Assembly (NCBI RefSeq): GCF_004353825.1
Contig: NZ_SMNA01000004.1
Coordinates: forward strand, 186,001 to 250,000
From: Occultella glacieicola
Lineage (GTDB): Bacteria > Actinomycetota > Actinomycetes > Actinomycetales > Beutenbergiaceae
Direction of reading: 5' to 3'
Length of the DNA stretch: 64,000 bases
Shown here: positions 29,024 to 38,510 of the stretch, one piece after another
Numbering within the stretch: the first letter of the stretch is position 1
How the letters are laid out: each line of letters begins with the position of its first letter
The notes under the pieces: model-generated
What the model was told of the DNA's origin: nothing
Database searches by the model: none
What the model saw: only the letters and a program-made list of their open reading frames with translations
Program-made: the position numbers and the translations under genes

Positions 29024-30022
29024 AGCTCCGCCGTCGGGCCCGGCCGGTTCGGGGTAGTGCGCGAGCGCCCGCCGCGCGGCGGCCCGGATCTGGGCGGCCA
29101 TCGACGCGGGCTCCAGGACCGTCACCTCGGGTGCGAAGAGCACCGCCACGGCCGCCATCACCTCGCTCTGGCGCACCGTGACCCGCCAGGTCTGCGCGCC
29201 GCCGGGCACGGACGGTGGCTCGACCTCGATCCGGCTGCCGGACGCGACCTGCATGTCGACCAGCCGGCGCAGCAGGGCGGCCCGGTCCGGCTGCACCAGC
29301 AACGTCACCGGCACCGGGCGGAGCTGGTCGGAGAACCGGGTTCGCAGTTCCTCCCAGATCACCGCGAGCGGCCGGTCGTCGACCGGGGTGCTCGGCGCGC
29401 TCAGCACCACCGCCCGGCCGATCCTGGACACCCGGTAGCTGCGGACCCTCCCGCGATGCTCGGCGACCAGGTACCAGCGACTCGAGTGGTCGACGATCCC
29501 GATCGGGTCGACGGTGCGGACCCCGGGAGTCGTCTCCGTGGCCGATGTGTAGGTCATCCGCACCCGACGGCGTCCGAGCACCGCCTCCCGCAGCTGCGGC
29601 AGCAGCGGCACGGCCTCGGCCGCGGAGAACCAGGTCCGGCGGTCCGCGAGCACGACGCCCCCGAGGGTCTCGGCATGTTCGACGGCCCCGCTCGGCGCGG
29701 TCGCGGCGACCTTGGCCAGCGCCGACGACAGCGCCGAGCCGAGCCCGAGCTGGTCGGCCGCCTCCCGGCCGGTCCAGGCGAACAGGGCCTGCGCCTCCGG
29801 AGGAGTCAAGCCCGAGGCGCTGGTGGTGAAGCCGTCCATCAGGACGCACCCGCCGCCACGGCCCCGCTCGGTGAACACCGGCACGCCGGCCGCGGACAGC
29901 GCGTCCATGTCCCGCAGGATCGTCCGCTCGCTCACCTCCAGCCGCTCCGCCAACCAGGACGCCTTCGCTCGCCGGTGGCGCTGCAACAGCATCAGCAGGT
30001 GCAGCAACCGGTCCGCGCGCAT
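28973..30022 (-). CDS. HTH-WYL-WCX transcriptional regulator (YafY-like)
   Basis: MRADRLL...[47 protein letters not shown]. Its 3' end overlaps the convergent LLM gene by 51 bp. Confidence 0.93.
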   Translation of the reverse strand: MRADRLLHLLMLLQRHRRAKASWLAERLEVSERTILRDMDALSAAGVPVFTERGRGGGCVLMDGFTTSASGLTPPEAQALFAWTGREAADQLGLGSALSSALAKVAATAPSGAVEHAETLGGVVLADRRTWFSAAEAVPLLPQLREAVLGRRRVRMTYTSATETTPGVRTVDPIGIVDHSSRWYLVAEHRGRVRSYRVSRIGRAVVLSAPSTPVDDRPLAVIWEELRTRFSDQLRPVPVTLLVQPDRAALLRRLVDMQVASGSRIEVEPPSVPGGAQTWRVTVRQSEVMAAVAVLFAPEVTVLEPASMAAQIRAAARRALAHYPEPAGPDGGASVRGQPTGLRHQFRGP

Positions 30023-30038
30023 GGTGTCGAGACTCTCA

Positions 30039-30069
30039 CGCAAACCTGACAGAAGATGTCCGGTTTGCG
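30039..30069. promoter_or_regulatory. Palindromic operator, probably for the WYL regulator
   Basis: cgcaaacctgaca-gaaga-tgtccggtttgcg inverted repeat, one mismatch, between divergent genes. Confidence 0.7.
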
Positions 30070-30125
30070 CGATGGACTTGTTCCGACGGGCCGCTCCGGC
30101 CCATGACCGAGCAAGGAGAACCGCC

Positions 30126-30725
30126 ATGACCAGCACCGCAACCGCACCTCGGACCGACCCCCGACCACTGCTCGCCCGGGCGCTGGACCAGACCGGCGCA
30201 CTGATCGCGGGCACCGAGGTGGACCAGTCCTCGCTGCCGACCCCCTGCGACGAGTTCGACGTGGCCGCCCTGGTGGGGCACCTGCAAGGGGTAGTGCGCC
30301 GGATCGGCGTGGTGCTGGAGGGGCGCCCGTTCCACGAGGCGCCGAGCCACGTCGACAGCACTGACTGGGTCGGCGACTGGGAGTCCGGCCGGGCCGCCAC
30401 CGATGCGGTGCTCGCCGACGACGAGTCGCTGACGCGCACCGTCACCGTCCCCTGGGGCCAGGTCCCCGGCGCCGCCGCGGTCGGCTCCTACCTCGGCGAG
30501 CTGACCGTGCACGCCTGGGACCTGGCCGCCGCCACGGGGCGCACCGACGGGCTCGACGGCGGACTCGCCGAGATCGCCCTGGCCGCGTACGAGCGGATGC
30601 TCCCGGCCGAGCCGCGCGGCGGCGACGTCCCGTTCGGGGACCCGGTCCCGGTGCCCGCGGACGCCGATCCGTACGCGCGCCTCGTCGCCTGGACCGGACG
30701 CGATCCGTTCTGGACGGCCGGCTGA
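30126..30725 (+). CDS. TIGR03086-like metal-binding protein (MDMPI/DinB superfamily)
   Basis: PTPCDEFDVAALVGHL, ELTVHAWDLA, RLVAWTGR; AAGGAG RBS. Confidence 0.9.
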   Translation: MTSTATAPRTDPRPLLARALDQTGALIAGTEVDQSSLPTPCDEFDVAALVGHLQGVVRRIGVVLEGRPFHEAPSHVDSTDWVGDWESGRAATDAVLADDESLTRTVTVPWGQVPGAAAVGSYLGELTVHAWDLAAATGRTDGLDGGLAEIALAAYERMLPAEPRGGDVPFGDPVPVPADADPYARLVAWTGRDPFWTAG

Positions 30726-30759
30726 GTCGGGCCGAGCGCGCACCTGCCATGCTGGGGGC

Positions 30760-31590
30760 ATGTCGCCGGCCGCCGAGACCGCCCTGACCGCCCCGGAGCG
30801 ACCGGCCCTGTCCGTGGCGCTCGTCCCCGCGATCGGGGTCAGCCTGTCCGCGTTCCTGCTCTTCGGCCTGCAGGTGCCCGGCTGGGGGCACGCGCTCCTG
30901 GTCGCCAGCCTGGCCGGGGCGTTCGCGGTCGGCCGGGAACTGGGCAAGGACCTGACCCTGATCGGCCTCGGCATCGCGATCGTCTCCGTGACCTCGGTCG
31001 AGGCCGACGTCAGCTGGGACCGGTTCTTCACGATCGGGATCGTGCTCGCGCTCGCGGTCACGGTCCCGTTCCTGGTCGACCGGTTCGTCTACAAGCGGCG
31101 GGCGATCCGGTTCCCGTGGCGCACCGGCCAGCCGTGGACGCGGTTGGAGAAGTCCTACATCGTCATCGTCCCGGTGCTCGGGTGGCTGATCCTGCCGTTC
31201 TACTTCATCGACTCCGGCGCCTACCTGAACTGGCCGCACATCACCGACGCCAGCGAGCTCGGCCGGTTCTTCGTGGGCGTGAACGCCGTCGGCACCTGGG
31301 ACGAGCTGTTCTTCATCTGCACCTGCTTCGCGCTGTTGCGCCGGCACTTCCCGATGTGGCAGGCGAACCTGCTCCAAGCCACGATCTTCGTGTCGTTCCT
31401 GTGGGAACTCGGCTACCGCGAGTGGGGGCCGCTGCTCACCGCACCGTTCGCGCTGCTGCAGGGCTTCATCTTCTCCAGGACCGGGTCGCTGACGTACGTG
31501 CTGATCGTGCACCTGCTGTTCGACCTCATGGTCTTCCTCGCGATCGTGCACGCGCACAATCCGGGTGTGATCCCGATCTTCCTCATCTGA
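30760..31590 (+). CDS. CPBP/Abi family intramembrane metalloprotease
   Basis: Multi-TM; WDELFF, FVSFLWELGY, IVHLLFD motifs. Confidence 0.82.
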   Translation: MSPAAETALTAPERPALSVALVPAIGVSLSAFLLFGLQVPGWGHALLVASLAGAFAVGRELGKDLTLIGLGIAIVSVTSVEADVSWDRFFTIGIVLALAVTVPFLVDRFVYKRRAIRFPWRTGQPWTRLEKSYIVIVPVLGWLILPFYFIDSGAYLNWPHITDASELGRFFVGVNAVGTWDELFFICTCFALLRRHFPMWQANLLQATIFVSFLWELGYREWGPLLTAPFALLQGFIFSRTGSLTYVLIVHLLFDLMVFLAIVHAHNPGVIPIFLI

Positions 31591-31654
31591 GGGAATAACG
31601 CCGGCGCCGTCCGCCTTGAGGCTCCCAGTACATGCAAACGCATCGAGCGGAGTG

Positions 31655-32695
31655 ATGATGGCAGAGATCGAGCTCGGGTTGGACACGTTCGGCGACGTCA
31701 CGGTCGGCGGCGACGGCCGGCTGCTGAGCCATGCCGAGGTGATCCGCAACGTGGTCGCCGAGGGGGTCCTCGCCGACGAGGTGGGTGTCGACTTCATCGG
31801 CATCGGGGAGCACCACCGCGACGACTTCGCGGTCTCCGCCCCGGACGTGGTGCTCGCCGCGATCGCGTCGCGTACCTCGCGGATCCGGCTCGGGTCCGCC
31901 GTGACCGTGCTGAGTTCGGACGACCCGGTCCGCGTGTTCGAACGGTTCTCCACCCTGGACGCGATCTCCGACGGGCGCGCCGAGGTGATCCTCGGCCGGG
32001 GCTCGTTCATCGAGTCCTTCCCGCTGTTCGGGTACGACCTCAAGGACTACGACACCCTCTTCGAGGAGAAGTTCGACCTGTTCACGCACCTGCTCGAGGA
32101 GGGACCGGTCACCTGGAGCGGGACGGTGCGGGCGGCGCTGTCGGAACAGACCGTGTACCCGCCGACGGCGTCCGGCGCCCTGCGTACCTGGCTCGGGGTC
32201 GGCGGGTCGCCACAGTCCGTGGTGCGGGCCGCGCAGTACGGCGTCCCCCTGATGCTCGCGATCATCGGGGGCGCGCCGGAGCGGTTCGCGCCCTACACGG
32301 ACCTGTACCACCGCGCGCTCGAGCAGTTCGGCCGCGAGGCACTGCCGATCGGCGCCCACTCGCCCGGCCACGTCGCCGCGACCGATGCCCAGGCCAAGGA
32401 GGAGTTCTTCGGCCACTACGCGGCCGGCATGGCCCGGGTCGGCGCCGAACGTGGCTGGGCGCCGATGACCCGGGACCGGTTCGAGGAGGAGGTGGGCGCT
32501 GACGGCGCGCTCTTCGTCGGCTCCCCGGAGACCGTCGCGGCCAAGATCGTCCGGACCGTCAACGCTCTCGGCCTGTCCCGGTTCGACCTCAAGTACAGCG
32601 CCGGCACCCTCCCGCACGAGCTCGCCGTGCGCCACATCCAGCTCTACGGCCGTGAGGTCATCCCCGCGGTGCGGACGGCGCTCGCGGAGGCGTAG
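31655..32695 (+). CDS. LLM-class flavin-dependent oxidoreductase
   Basis: GLDTFGD, GIGEHHRDDF, VLSSDDPVRVFERFSTLD, GRGSFIESFPLFG. Confidence 0.93.
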   Translation: MMAEIELGLDTFGDVTVGGDGRLLSHAEVIRNVVAEGVLADEVGVDFIGIGEHHRDDFAVSAPDVVLAAIASRTSRIRLGSAVTVLSSDDPVRVFERFSTLDAISDGRAEVILGRGSFIESFPLFGYDLKDYDTLFEEKFDLFTHLLEEGPVTWSGTVRAALSEQTVYPPTASGALRTWLGVGGSPQSVVRAAQYGVPLMLAIIGGAPERFAPYTDLYHRALEQFGREALPIGAHSPGHVAATDAQAKEEFFGHYAAGMARVGAERGWAPMTRDRFEEEVGADGALFVGSPETVAAKIVRTVNALGLSRFDLKYSAGTLPHELAVRHIQLYGREVIPAVRTALAEA

Positions 32696-32769
32696 CGCCG
32701 GGCTGTGATGCAGCAACCCTCCGGCCGCGAAGCAGGACCCACGCGGTGCGGGCGTGGCCGCGGTCGGGG

Positions 32770-33627
32770 TCACTCGTGGGCGAGGGTGGCACGCAGTTCG
32801 GCGAGCCACTCGGCACCGAGGCGGCGCCCGTCCGGGAGCCGGTCGACGCGGTCCCACCGCCACGCCGTGATCATCGCGAGCACGAGGATCCGGCACTGCC
32901 GCAAGAGGACCGGATCGGCGCCCGGGTAGTGCGCGGCGACCGGCTCGGGTGCGTGGGCGAGATCGAACTCGACAGGCCCGCGACAACACGTCTCGAGGTC
33001 GATGAAGCGGGGCCCGTCGGCGGTCGCGAGGACGTTCCCGGCGTGGGGCTCGCCGTGCAGCAACTGCTCGTGGGGCAGCGGCTCGCCGCGTCGCGCCCGC
33101 TCTTCGATGCGGTCGCCGATCGCGCCGACGGTCAGCGCAAGCGTCTCGCGCAGCAGGTCCCGTTCCGGTTCGGGCAGGTCGGGGCTCCGGGTGCGGTCGG
33201 AGACGAGTAATCGCGCCTGCTCGACCCGGTCCGTGAAGTGCGGGGTCGGCAGGTCGACCGTGCGCATCCCGGCGTGCAGGCGGACCAGGGCGTCGGCATA
33301 GGCGGCCGGCGACAGATCCCCCACCTGCTCGTAGTGGGTCCAGAGGGTGAGCGCGAAGCCGTCCCGCCGATGAACGCGCGGCTCCACGCGCGGGTCGAGG
33401 GCGCCCACGGGGCAACCGGCACCCGCGAGCAGCCCGGCGAGTGCGACTTCGAACTCCGCGGCGCCGGGCTCATCGGGGGCCACGCGCACCAGCACGTCGG
33501 CCGGCAGCAGGCGAACGCTCACCTTGTTGGAGTTGTGCAGCACGACCGCGTCGTCCGCCCGTAGCCCGCACGCGGTGGCGACCGACCGTGCCGTCGAGAC
33601 TGCTCGGGTCATCTCGGCCGTCGGCAT
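32770..33627 (-). CDS. APH-like phosphotransferase
   Basis: LLHGEPHAGNVL..GPRFIDLETCCRGPVEFDLA; GGGAG RBS. Confidence 0.85.
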   Translation of the reverse strand: MPTAEMTRAVSTARSVATACGLRADDAVVLHNSNKVSVRLLPADVLVRVAPDEPGAAEFEVALAGLLAGAGCPVGALDPRVEPRVHRRDGFALTLWTHYEQVGDLSPAAYADALVRLHAGMRTVDLPTPHFTDRVEQARLLVSDRTRSPDLPEPERDLLRETLALTVGAIGDRIEERARRGEPLPHEQLLHGEPHAGNVLATADGPRFIDLETCCRGPVEFDLAHAPEPVAAHYPGADPVLLRQCRILVLAMITAWRWDRVDRLPDGRRLGAEWLAELRATLAHE

Positions 33628-33774
33628 CGGTCGCTCCCATCGTCGGAGCCCCGCGGCGCGGCCGTCGAGGCGGGTCCCGCCGCACGGTAGCGGGACACCG
33701 GAGGCGCCCGCACGCCCATTTCCGCGACCGCAAAGGCCTGGCCCGGCTGCCGTCGCTGCGGCTACCGTGCGCCG

Positions 33775-34446
33775 ATGAACACGACGGCGGAACTCGCGGC
33801 CACCCTGGCCGGACACGATCACCGGCAGGCCCACGCGCACCTGGTGCGGGCCGGGTGGAGCGTATGCGGGGTGGGCGACTGGGCCGTGACCCTTCGATCG
33901 CCGGACGGCACGCTGGCGGCCCGGGTGTCGCCGTTCGACCCGGCCTACCCGGTGTTCGTGGACCTGTGCCGCCGACTCGAGGGCACGGCCCAGCTGCCCC
34001 GGGTCGAGGCGGACCTGCCCCTGCCCGGCGGCGGGCAGCTCACGATCATGGAGTTCCTGCTGCCCGCACCGGCCGACGTGGCCGAACGCGTACGCGCGTC
34101 CTGGGCGGCCGGGGACGATCCCGAACTGGCCGCGGTCCGGCGAGCGGCCGAGGACCTGGACGCCACCGCCCGGCGCGAGGTGCCGTGGTGGGACGGCATC
34201 GACCTCAACCCCGGCAACGTCATGCGGGCGCTCGACGGGCGCATCGTCCTGGTCGACGTCTTCTGCCTGGACGGGGCTGCGCTCTACGCCGCGCTCCTGG
34301 CCGATCCCGCGGGCTTCGCCGTGCGAGTTCCCGCCGACCGGGGACGGTATCTGACCGAGATCGCGTACATCGCCCGCAACAGCATTCCGGCGGAGATCAC
34401 CGCCCTGCGCGCGGCAGCGCTGGAGGCGCACCCGCCACCCCCGTGA
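33775..34446 (+). CDS. Hypothetical kinase-fold protein
   Basis: GVGDWAVT Gly-loop-like segment, IMEFL, DLNPGNVM catalytic-loop-like motif, LVDVF. Confidence 0.65.
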   Translation: MNTTAELAATLAGHDHRQAHAHLVRAGWSVCGVGDWAVTLRSPDGTLAARVSPFDPAYPVFVDLCRRLEGTAQLPRVEADLPLPGGGQLTIMEFLLPAPADVAERVRASWAAGDDPELAAVRRAAEDLDATARREVPWWDGIDLNPGNVMRALDGRIVLVDVFCLDGAALYAALLADPAGFAVRVPADRGRYLTEIAYIARNSIPAEITALRAAALEAHPPPP

Positions 34447-34501
34447 CGACACAGTTGGTCGAGGCGAGCGCAGTCGAGGGCAGGGCCGCGCGTACCGTGG
34501 C

Positions 34502-35023
34502 CTACTCGGCGGCTCGCGCCGTTCGGGCGTACTCCGAACCCGAGCGGGTGCGTTCGAGGATCTCCTCGTCCACCATGGCCCGCCGGAGCGCAGCGGTGTC
34601 CGGGCCGAACCGGGCAAGACGCTCGTTCAGCTCCCGCTCGGGCACCACCTCGTCCGCGGCGAGGGCCTGCCGGGCGAGGAGTTCGAGCAGGGCACGTCGC
34701 TCGCCCGCGCCGGAGGGGTAGCGGTCGATCTCCCCGCGTGCGTTGAGGTAGCGCTCGATGCCGGGGCGTGGTTCGGTCGCCGCGGCGGCCAGGGCGCGGC
34801 CGAACACCTCCGGGTGCACGTCGAGCCGCCCGTCGACCTCCCGGACCAGGCCCGCGCGCACCAGCATGGCGCTCGCCTGCCGCTGCTTCGAGGTGCTCGG
34901 ACCGGCGTTGATCGGCTCCGAGGCGCCGGCCAGGACGAGCTGGGCGAAGAGGTGCCGGGCGCGGGGGTTCGCCAGCGCCGCCATGATCGGCCGCCAGTCG
35001 GCACGAGCTGGGTCCCGGGTCAC
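34502..35023 (-). CDS. DUF2087-domain protein with N-terminal wHTH
   Basis: GEIDRYP...PERELNERL..F.PDTAALRRAMVDEEILERT..GSEY. Confidence 0.8.
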   Translation of the reverse strand: MTRDPARADWRPIMAALANPRARHLFAQLVLAGASEPINAGPSTSKQRQASAMLVRAGLVREVDGRLDVHPEVFGRALAAAATEPRPGIERYLNARGEIDRYPSGAGERRALLELLARQALAADEVVPERELNERLARFGPDTAALRRAMVDEEILERTRSGSEYARTARAAE

Positions 35024-35054
35024 CCGACGATGCTACGGGTGAGCATCCGCTCCC

Positions 35055-35600
35055 TCAATGCTGCGGCCGGTCCCAGGGTTGCCGAGCCGGCTGTGTCTGA
35101 CCGGCCGGAGGTTGCTCGCCCCACTGCGCCGGACCCGCCTGACCGGTCTGAACGGTCTGACCCCCGGGCACTCCCGCGCCCCCCTGCGGCGCGAGACCGG
35201 CGTACAGGACGGTGCCCGGCTGCTGCGGGTTGTCGACCAGCAGCACGAGGTCCCCGGTCCGCGGGATCTCGAGCTTGGACACCAGCGACTGCAGCGACAC
35301 CTGGTGCCCGTCGACCTCCAGGACGAGCAGGACCACCGGGTCGTTGTTGATCATCTGACCGGTGTCCTGCAGGCCGAGGACCCTGGCGGTCCTGGTCGGA
35401 TGGCCGGCCGCGCGCAGCTGCGCGGCGAGCTGGCCCTGGTTCATCGCGCCGGTGGCCTGTTGCATCGCCTCGGTGAACTCCCGGCCCATGAAGGCCTGCG
35501 TGAGCTTGCCGGTCAGCCCCCGGCCCTCGGCGATGTCGTTCGCCATCTGCATGCTCTCGGCCTGACGCTCGGCCATCGTCCTGCGCTTGAACAGTCCCAT
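35055..35600 (-). CDS. Hypothetical protein with OB-fold-like C-terminal domain
   Basis: ARVLGLQDTGQMINNDPVVLLVLEV...IPRTGD; GAGGAG RBS. Confidence 0.75.
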   Translation of the reverse strand: MGLFKRRTMAERQAESMQMANDIAEGRGLTGKLTQAFMGREFTEAMQQATGAMNQGQLAAQLRAAGHPTRTARVLGLQDTGQMINNDPVVLLVLEVDGHQVSLQSLVSKLEIPRTGDLVLLVDNPQQPGTVLYAGLAPQGGAGVPGGQTVQTGQAGPAQWGEQPPAGQTQPARQPWDRPQH

Positions 35601-35728
35601 CGTGGTGCTCCTCGCTCCGTGGGCGGCCGATCCGCCCTGCCGACTCCCTGCGACAGCACCGACGTTAGGACGCCGGCACCGGCAACCGGTCCCAGGTTCG
35701 TAGGACTCTCACCCTCCGTTCCGGTCCG

Positions 35729-35760
35729 GTTCATCCGCGGCACCCAGAGTTCATCCGCGG
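35729..35760. repeat. 12-bp direct repeat, possible regulator site
   Basis: gttcatccgcgg at 35729-35740 and 35749-35760 (20-bp period). Confidence 0.55.
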
Positions 35761-36003
35761 ACCCATGGCGGAACTGGGATCGGTTGTCGGTGGCCCGGGG
35801 CACGATCCGAGGGTCAGCGCGACTCGATCGCCACTGCACCGCAACCCAGCAAGGGGCACACCGTGGGCGCACGCCCGGCACCGATCGACGATCCACCCGC
35901 GCACCGGCCGCCCGGTCGCCGTCGGCACCGGCCGGTCGTCCGGGGCCGGCCGTTCCGCCGCCGCCGCCACCACCCGGGGCCGGCGTCTCCTAGACTCGGG
36001 CGC

Positions 36004-37416
36004 GTGAGCACCGAGGGGGAGCGCGCCGCGTCGACGATGCCCCGCGCCCTGGTGCTGGACCGCGCCTGGCGGGCCGCCGCCACCGACCACGCGCCCGCCC
36101 TCGACCCGCTGAGCAACTCCACCGGCGGGCCGCTGTCCCGCACGGTCAAGCTGATCCTGGACCCACTCGTGATCCGGCCCGGGCAACGCCCCGAGCTCGC
36201 GGCCACCACCCTCGCGACCGGCGTCGCGGACGAACTCCTCGGGATCGTCGCCGCCGCCGCGACGGTCCTGAGCCACACGGCCGCCTGGTTCACGGTGATC
36301 AAGCGGGCCCGCCGCGCGGCCGGGATCACCGAGGGCCACCCGCAGGACCTCTACTTCCAGCGGGCGTTCGAACTCGCCACCGTGCACGGCGAACCGACGG
36401 AGCCCGACGGCGCCCGGCTCGCCGCCGAGGTCCTCGCGGAGGTTCATCACGGGGGTCCGAGCGTCGCCCGGCTGCGCGAGCACCTCGCCGACCCGGCCGT
36501 GCGAGCCGCGCACGCCGACCGGCTGGCCCGGCACTGGTCGGCGCGGTCCGGCTCCGGCGACCCACAGGCAGACACCTGGACAACCGCGGGCGGCGCCGCG
36601 AGCTCCAGGGGCGAGGGCGACCCGCCGCAGACCACGCACCGGGAGGTGGCCGCCCCGGTCCTGGACGATGATGCCGCGGCCGCCGCGCACTGGCAGGACC
36701 TCGTCGAGCGCGACGCCGGCGCCGGGCTCGGCCGGCGCTGGTGGTTCACCGACGGGGCCGCCCGCGTCGACGGCGCCTCCACCCACGCCCGCCCGCCCGC
36801 CCCCGACCTCGGCGAGCATGCCTCCACCTCCGACCTGGCGCTCCCGCTGGACCGCAGCATCTACGAGCGGGTCTTCACCCTCGTGCGCGCCGCCGCCGGC
36901 CGCGACGAACTCGGTGACATCGCCGACGTCGTGACCGACGAGGTGGACCGGGCCACGTCGCCGTGCGGGTACACCGACCCGAACCTGCGCGCCGGTCTTC
37001 TCGTCGGGGTGGAACTGGCCCACCGGCTCCGCCCGATCGGCACCGGCTCAGCGGCCGGCCCCGGCGGGGCCGGCGGCTCGGAGCTGGAGCGGCGCATCAA
37101 CCGGCGCTGGCAGCGCGAGGCCTACGTGTGGCAGGCGCGCCGGCTCCCGATCGGCGGCGACCCGGGCGCCGACGGGGCCCTCGGCGACGTCGCCCGGGAG
37201 GTCGCCGCCCCTGCGCCCCGGTATATCCGTCGGCTGTGGTCGAGGCTGCACGGCCGCGACGCCCGGTCCCGTCCTCTGGCCGGTCACGAGGAGGCCCTGG
37301 ACGTCCTCGAAGGTGTCGCCCTGTCCGTGATCCGGGACCACCGCGACCGGGTCCGCGGCGCGCTGTCCCGCCTCGGTGGCCCCCCGCACCACGGACCGGA
37401 GGCGGCACTCCCGTGA
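36004..37416 (+). CDS. Uncharacterised helical protein, gene 1 of the CHAT operon (C-terminus sigma-region-2-like)
   Basis: Strong GC3 frame; TAGACT -10 at 35991-35996, 7 nt before GTG (leaderless); GTGA overlap with the next gene. Confidence 0.75.
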   Translation: MSTEGERAASTMPRALVLDRAWRAAATDHAPALDPLSNSTGGPLSRTVKLILDPLVIRPGQRPELAATTLATGVADELLGIVAAAATVLSHTAAWFTVIKRARRAAGITEGHPQDLYFQRAFELATVHGEPTEPDGARLAAEVLAEVHHGGPSVARLREHLADPAVRAAHADRLARHWSARSGSGDPQADTWTTAGGAASSRGEGDPPQTTHREVAAPVLDDDAAAAAHWQDLVERDAGAGLGRRWWFTDGAARVDGASTHARPPAPDLGEHASTSDLALPLDRSIYERVFTLVRAAAGRDELGDIADVVTDEVDRATSPCGYTDPNLRAGLLVGVELAHRLRPIGTGSAAGPGGAGGSELERRINRRWQREAYVWQARRLPIGGDPGADGALGDVAREVAAPAPRYIRRLWSRLHGRDARSRPLAGHEEALDVLEGVALSVIRDHRDRVRGALSRLGGPPHHGPEAALP

Positions 37417-38510
37417 CCGACGTCAGCATCGCCGTCGACCCGCTCGGCGCCGTCACCATCGACCCGGCCGGCCGGACGCCGCCCCCGCCGTGGCGGGCGG
37501 GCGTGGTGGACGCCGTCGGCGGCTCCCTCACCTGGCCGGTCGGAAGCCCCCGGACCTCAGCCCCGCACGCCGTCCTCGACGATCCCGACGCCGCGCAACA
37601 GTGGCTCTGGCAGGTCTACGGGACCCAGGTGGCGCTCGCCGTGGCGACCCTCGCGGCGGACCCGGCGGCGGGGAACCTTGCCGCGGCCGCCGAGGCCGGT
37701 CCGCTGACCGGGGTCGCCCACCGCCTCGGGCACGTCTGCTGGGCGCAGGCCTGGTGGCCCGCCTCGGTGCTCGACGGCGTCCCGCCCCTGGACGCCGACC
37801 TGCTCCTGCTCGAGCGGGTCGGGTTGGAGCACGAGGCCGACGGCCTCGTCGACGACGCCCTCGGCCCGGCCGCGGCATCCGGCGTCGCGCGCGCCCTGGC
37901 CACGCTGGACGCGCTCAACGGTGACCTCGAACCGCAGTCGCCGGAGTCCGTGACCGTTGCGCAGGCGCGGGCCGCGGCCCTGGACTGGGCCGAGGCTTTG
38001 GAGGTGGAACTGACCCCCGAGCCCGTTGCCCGCGCGGAGGCGTTCGCGCTCGCGGCCGGCGCCGTCGCCGTGCCCGGGGTGGAACTGGCCCGTGGCCGCC
38101 ACGGCGCCACCTGGGCCGGTCTGCCGGCCGGCCTCGTGGACGCCGCCGAGACGGCGGTCTCCTGGAGCCTGCGCCGCACCGGCACCGGCGGTGAGCTGAT
38201 CGTCGAGGTCACCGGCCTGCCCGGCCGCCCACCCGGGCTCACGCTCACCGCCGCCGTTCTGGACGGGATGCGCTCCGCCGTCGTGCTCGACCTTCGTCCC
38301 GACGAGAACGGCTGGCGCGCGCAGGCGCCGGTACCGGCCGGAACCGGGACGGACCTGACCGTCCTGGTGAGCCTGCCGGGCTACGGGAGGGCGGGGCCCG
38401 GACCGGAGGCGGACGACCGGGACCGGGTCCGCGACGCGGCGCGGGCGCTGCTCGAGGCGCCGGTGCTCCTCGCCGAGGGCGCGGCCAGGGCCGTCGATGA
38501 GGATTTCTGA
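37413..38510 (+). CDS. Uncharacterised protein, gene 2 of the CHAT operon (internal FALAA motif)
   Basis: GGAGG RBS at 37398-37402; GTG overlaps the upstream stop; 365 aa; 3' end overlaps the CHAT gene by 14 bp. Confidence 0.75.
   Translation: MTDVSIAVDPLGAVTIDPAGRTPPPPWRAGVVDAVGGSLTWPVGSPRTSAPHAVLDDPDAAQQWLWQVYGTQVALAVATLAADPAAGNLAAAAEAGPLTGVAHRLGHVCWAQAWWPASVLDGVPPLDADLLLLERVGLEHEADGLVDDALGPAAASGVARALATLDALNGDLEPQSPESVTVAQARAAALDWAEALEVELTPEPVARAEAFALAAGAVAVPGVELARGRHGATWAGLPAGLVDAAETAVSWSLRRTGTGGELIVEVTGLPGRPPGLTLTAAVLDGMRSAVVLDLRPDENGWRAQAPVPAGTGTDLTVLVSLPGYGRAGPGPEADDRDRVRDAARALLEAPVLLAEGAARAVDEDF

Noticed and set aside
32770..33627. Aminoglycoside resistance gene
   Set aside because: Only the generic APH fold is evident; there is no basis for antibiotic specificity.
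34449..34485. Possible REP remnant (gttggtcgaggcgagcgcagtcgag)
   Set aside because: Too short and degenerate, with no second copy in the window.
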